From IMG/VR virus record IMGVR_UViG_3300021400_000025, positions 22,479-86,478 of that record: a stretch of 64,000 nt of DNA; one strand, 5' to 3'. This document shows, piece by piece, positions 61,564-64,000 of the stretch (positions are counted from its first letter, which is position 1; every line of letters starts with the position of its first letter). A model generated the notes under the pieces. It was not told the origin of the DNA and did not search any database. It was given only the letters and a program-made list of their open reading frames with translations. The translations under genes were made by a program, and so were the position numbers. This stretch comes from a virus (Duplodnaviria > Heunggongvirae > Uroviricota > Caudoviricetes).

Positions 61564-62414
61564 GCAAGAAGAAGTGGGGCTTCAAGAAACTCATTTCCCT
61601 CAAGGGGAAGCTGTCAAGGGGATATGACACTGTCCTTGACAACCTTCCCATTGATTGGTACGAGTTCAACCAACTCTACTTCAGTTCAAGACCTGTTGTG
61701 GTGGAGTGTCCGCAACCCATGTGGGAGGATGGCGACCATCTGATGGCTCTCTACTCGGCATTGAGGATGTCAAGGGGCAGAAGAAGGATTGGCATTGTCT
61801 CAGCAAGTGACGATGGAGCGTACATCAAGTCCGACGATTTCTACAACGTCCTTGCATTGGCGAAGGATTGGGAGTCGAGAAAGGACAGGATTGCCTTGTT
61901 CGATTCATTTCCGAAAATCAAGGACATTTCTGTTGCCGACGATTGGATTCTCTACGCCAATTGGACTTATGACAAGTTCCTCACTATGGACATCGTTGAA
62001 TGGATGGAAAACACGAATGGATTCAGGGACGTCAAGGAGCCAGAACCTCCAAAATACTACGGTCAGACAGTGTTTCCACGCAAGTTCGTTTTGCTTTGGG
62101 ATTCGTCCTTCAAGGGAACATATCTTGAAATGAAGGAGAAGTTCGGCAAGAAGGTTCTGTTCCTGGACTACACGCATGAGAAGCAAATGGTTGATGAATG
62201 GTTTTTGGAAAACCAAACCATGCTTGACCCGATGTTCGACATCAAGTTCATGGCACCTGGACTGAACATGAAGAAGGTGTATGCCTACATTGCCACGAAC
62301 CACCTTCAGAATCTGAGGGAGTACGCGAAGTTGTTTCCCGAGACGATTGAGAAGCATTTCACGAAGGATGAGCTGTCGGAAATGGGATGCAAGTTTGGGC
62401 AGACGAAAGGGTGA
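61560..62414 (+). CDS. Hypothetical protein
   Basis: ATGA-coupled to sigma gene; 284 aa. Confidence 0.7.
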   Translation: MSKKKWGFKKLISLKGKLSRGYDTVLDNLPIDWYEFNQLYFSSRPVVVECPQPMWEDGDHLMALYSALRMSRGRRRIGIVSASDDGAYIKSDDFYNVLALAKDWESRKDRIALFDSFPKIKDISVADDWILYANWTYDKFLTMDIVEWMENTNGFRDVKEPEPPKYYGQTVFPRKFVLLWDSSFKGTYLEMKEKFGKKVLFLDYTHEKQMVDEWFLENQTMLDPMFDIKFMAPGLNMKKVYAYIATNHLQNLREYAKLFPETIEKHFTKDELSEMGCKFGQTKG

Positions 62415-62456
62415 ATAACCATCATGAAAATTGAAGAAATTGATGTGAAAGGCCCC

Positions 62457-62485
62457 TTGACTTTTCAATTTTGATGTGCTATAAT
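62457..62485 (+). promoter_or_regulatory. Sigma70-type promoter, possibly leaderless mRNA
   Basis: TTGACT-N17-TATAAT with TGn; ATG at 62492 lies where a TSS is expected. Confidence 0.65.
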
Positions 62486-62491
62486 ATGGGT

Positions 62492-62884
62492 ATGTTTGAT
62501 GTTCCTACATATCTCTATCACAGAACCACTGTGAAAGCCTATGTCCAGATAATGGCAGATGGCAAGATTCGCCATACCGGAACCCCCGCTTCCAACTGGA
62601 GGTTCAAGAGGCTGAAGTTTGGCAACATATTTGGGATTGGCGAGGACAAGTGGAAATGCGTGTTTCTTGCTGACGATCCAAAGCTCACTTCCGGTTTGGT
62701 GTGGGCAGGAGACATTGTTCTCAAGATTGACACGACCAAACTCAGAAAGACGAAGTTCGACTATGATGAAAACGTGTCCATTCGGGAATATGGGAGAAGC
62801 TACATCTACAAGGAAGACATCCCCGTCTCGGAGATAGTGAGTGTCATAACAGACAAATGGTCATATCCAGGAATTGGTAAATAA
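62492..62884 (+). CDS. ADP-ribosyltransferase/Tpt1-like fold protein
   Basis: YLYHRTT..IMADGKI..VFLAD..IVLKID..YIYKEDIP pattern. Confidence 0.5.
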   Translation: MFDVPTYLYHRTTVKAYVQIMADGKIRHTGTPASNWRFKRLKFGNIFGIGEDKWKCVFLADDPKLTSGLVWAGDIVLKIDTTKLRKTKFDYDENVSIREYGRSYIYKEDIPVSEIVSVITDKWSYPGIGK

Positions 62885-62889
62885 CCATC

Positions 62890-63414
62890 ATGAAGATTGA
62901 AGTATACAACTTGAACAAGGCGTTGAAGGTTGCCGAGAAGTGTCCTGGATGCAACCTTCTGTCCATTCGGGACTCCTACGCCGGAGACGATGACACTGAC
63001 GAGAAACATGCTTGCCTTGACAGGCGCATTGCGAGGAACAACATCAACGCCAAGGTTGTCCACTTTGACGACATAGATCCATACCGCTTCTATCACGACA
63101 TGGAGCATCCCATAATCAAGGCGAAGTTTGGTGATGGGACAAGGCAACCAATATTCTTCAACAAGGAGATTGCGTCCGAGATTGTGAATTGGGTCATGGA
63201 GATATGGAAGAAAGACCACAACGTCACCATCAAAATCCACTGCTGGGCTGGACGTTCAAGGTCTCAAGCTGTGGCATACTGGCTCAACATGTACTTCAAT
63301 CTGATTCTGGACAGGAACATCGAGGACTATGTGGCGAACAACGCATTGAATGTCCATGAGAAAATCCACTTCAACTGCGAGGTTCTGAGGGTGTTCACCG
63401 AGATGTTTGGCTGA
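62890..63414 (+). CDS. Protein-tyrosine/dual-specificity phosphatase-like protein
   Basis: IHCWAGRSRS HCx5R P-loop; FDDID WPD-loop-like; GTAAATA at 62877-62883. Confidence 0.85.
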   Translation: MKIEVYNLNKALKVAEKCPGCNLLSIRDSYAGDDDTDEKHACLDRRIARNNINAKVVHFDDIDPYRFYHDMEHPIIKAKFGDGTRQPIFFNKEIASEIVNWVMEIWKKDHNVTIKIHCWAGRSRSQAVAYWLNMYFNLILDRNIEDYVANNALNVHEKIHFNCEVLRVFTEMFG

Positions 63415-63999
63415 TTATTCGATGTTCATCTGGCTCTCGAAGTTAGAAAGGGTTTGAACTATCTTGTCGAATTTGGGGCAGATGCATTTTGATGGTATTG
63501 GCTTTGGCTCAAGGTGGTTGTCCGACAGGTTCAGGTGGTTCCAAGGCTTCAGCTCGGTTATGTCTATTCCACCTTGGCATAGTTCTGCGCTCAATCCACT
63601 TTCATCTGTCTCTGATTGGACACTTGATGACATGTTCAACTGGTCTTCGTTGGAGTATTTGTTCGGCTGCAGTTCATGCAACGCTATTTCCTCGTCATAT
63701 TCCTTCTTGTTCTTCATGTTCTCCACATCAGAGTAGATTCCATATGCGTCTTCCACCTTCTTGAGAAGGATGTGGTTTCTTTCCCGAAGTTTGTCTATCT
63801 TGTCCAGATGATTCACATTGTCGCAGTTTCCATTCAACGATGGGTCTGACATCACCGCCGAGATGGAGGCAAGTCTTATTCCAATCGCCTCAATCGCGCA
63901 CACCATCCATTGGCACAGCGCCTTGACATCCGTTCTGAAGTTCCTTGCGAGGTGCGATATGTTGAACGCTCTGTATTGAATGCACACCGGCTTCATCAA
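63415..63999 (-). CDS. Hypothetical protein, probably 5'-truncated
   Basis: Frame open to the window edge; ends TAA abutting convergent gene. Confidence 0.55.
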   Translation of the reverse strand: MMKPVCIQYRAFNISHLARNFRTDVKALCQWMVCAIEAIGIRLASISAVMSDPSLNGNCDNVNHLDKIDKLRERNHILLKKVEDAYGIYSDVENMKNKKEYDEEIALHELQPNKYSNEDQLNMSSSVQSETDESGLSAELCQGGIDITELKPWNHLNLSDNHLEPKPIPSKCICPKFDKIVQTLSNFESQMNIE

Positions 64000-64000
64000 C

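Overview
64 kb segment of a large T4-like (gp23-type capsid) jumbo/mega myophage genome. It encodes virion genes (gp6-like baseplate wedge, gp22-like scaffold, gp23 major capsid, HxH-repeat tail fibre, BspA-type LRR and Hint-domain tail proteins, a ~2340-aa giant protein), replication genes (UvsW, family-B DNA polymerase, gp44-like clamp loader, two-subunit type II topoisomerase), chaperones (DnaJ, GroES-like proteins), three DNA methyltransferases, MetK, a PotD-like polyamine-binding protein, a ferritin-like protein, a sigma-70-family factor and many small hypothetical genes. Main observation: TAG is a sense codon here (probably Gln, code 15). More than 20 in-frame TAGs join ORF fragments into single coherent proteins, and essentially all true gene ends are TAA/TGA. 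These TAGs are confined to operons preceded by a T4-late-like GTAAATA motif, while operons behind sigma70-type promoters are TAG-free, which suggests a temporal genetic-code switch. A second candidate system is a family of late proteins with short basic N-terminal tags ending in '(K/N/R)ES', including three sharing a ~47-aa 'MK(K/R)LNITKE' module and a protamine-like repeat protein; these may be protease-processed internal head proteins. No tRNA, rRNA or CRISPR array was seen. All product calls are by motif recognition only; no database search was run.
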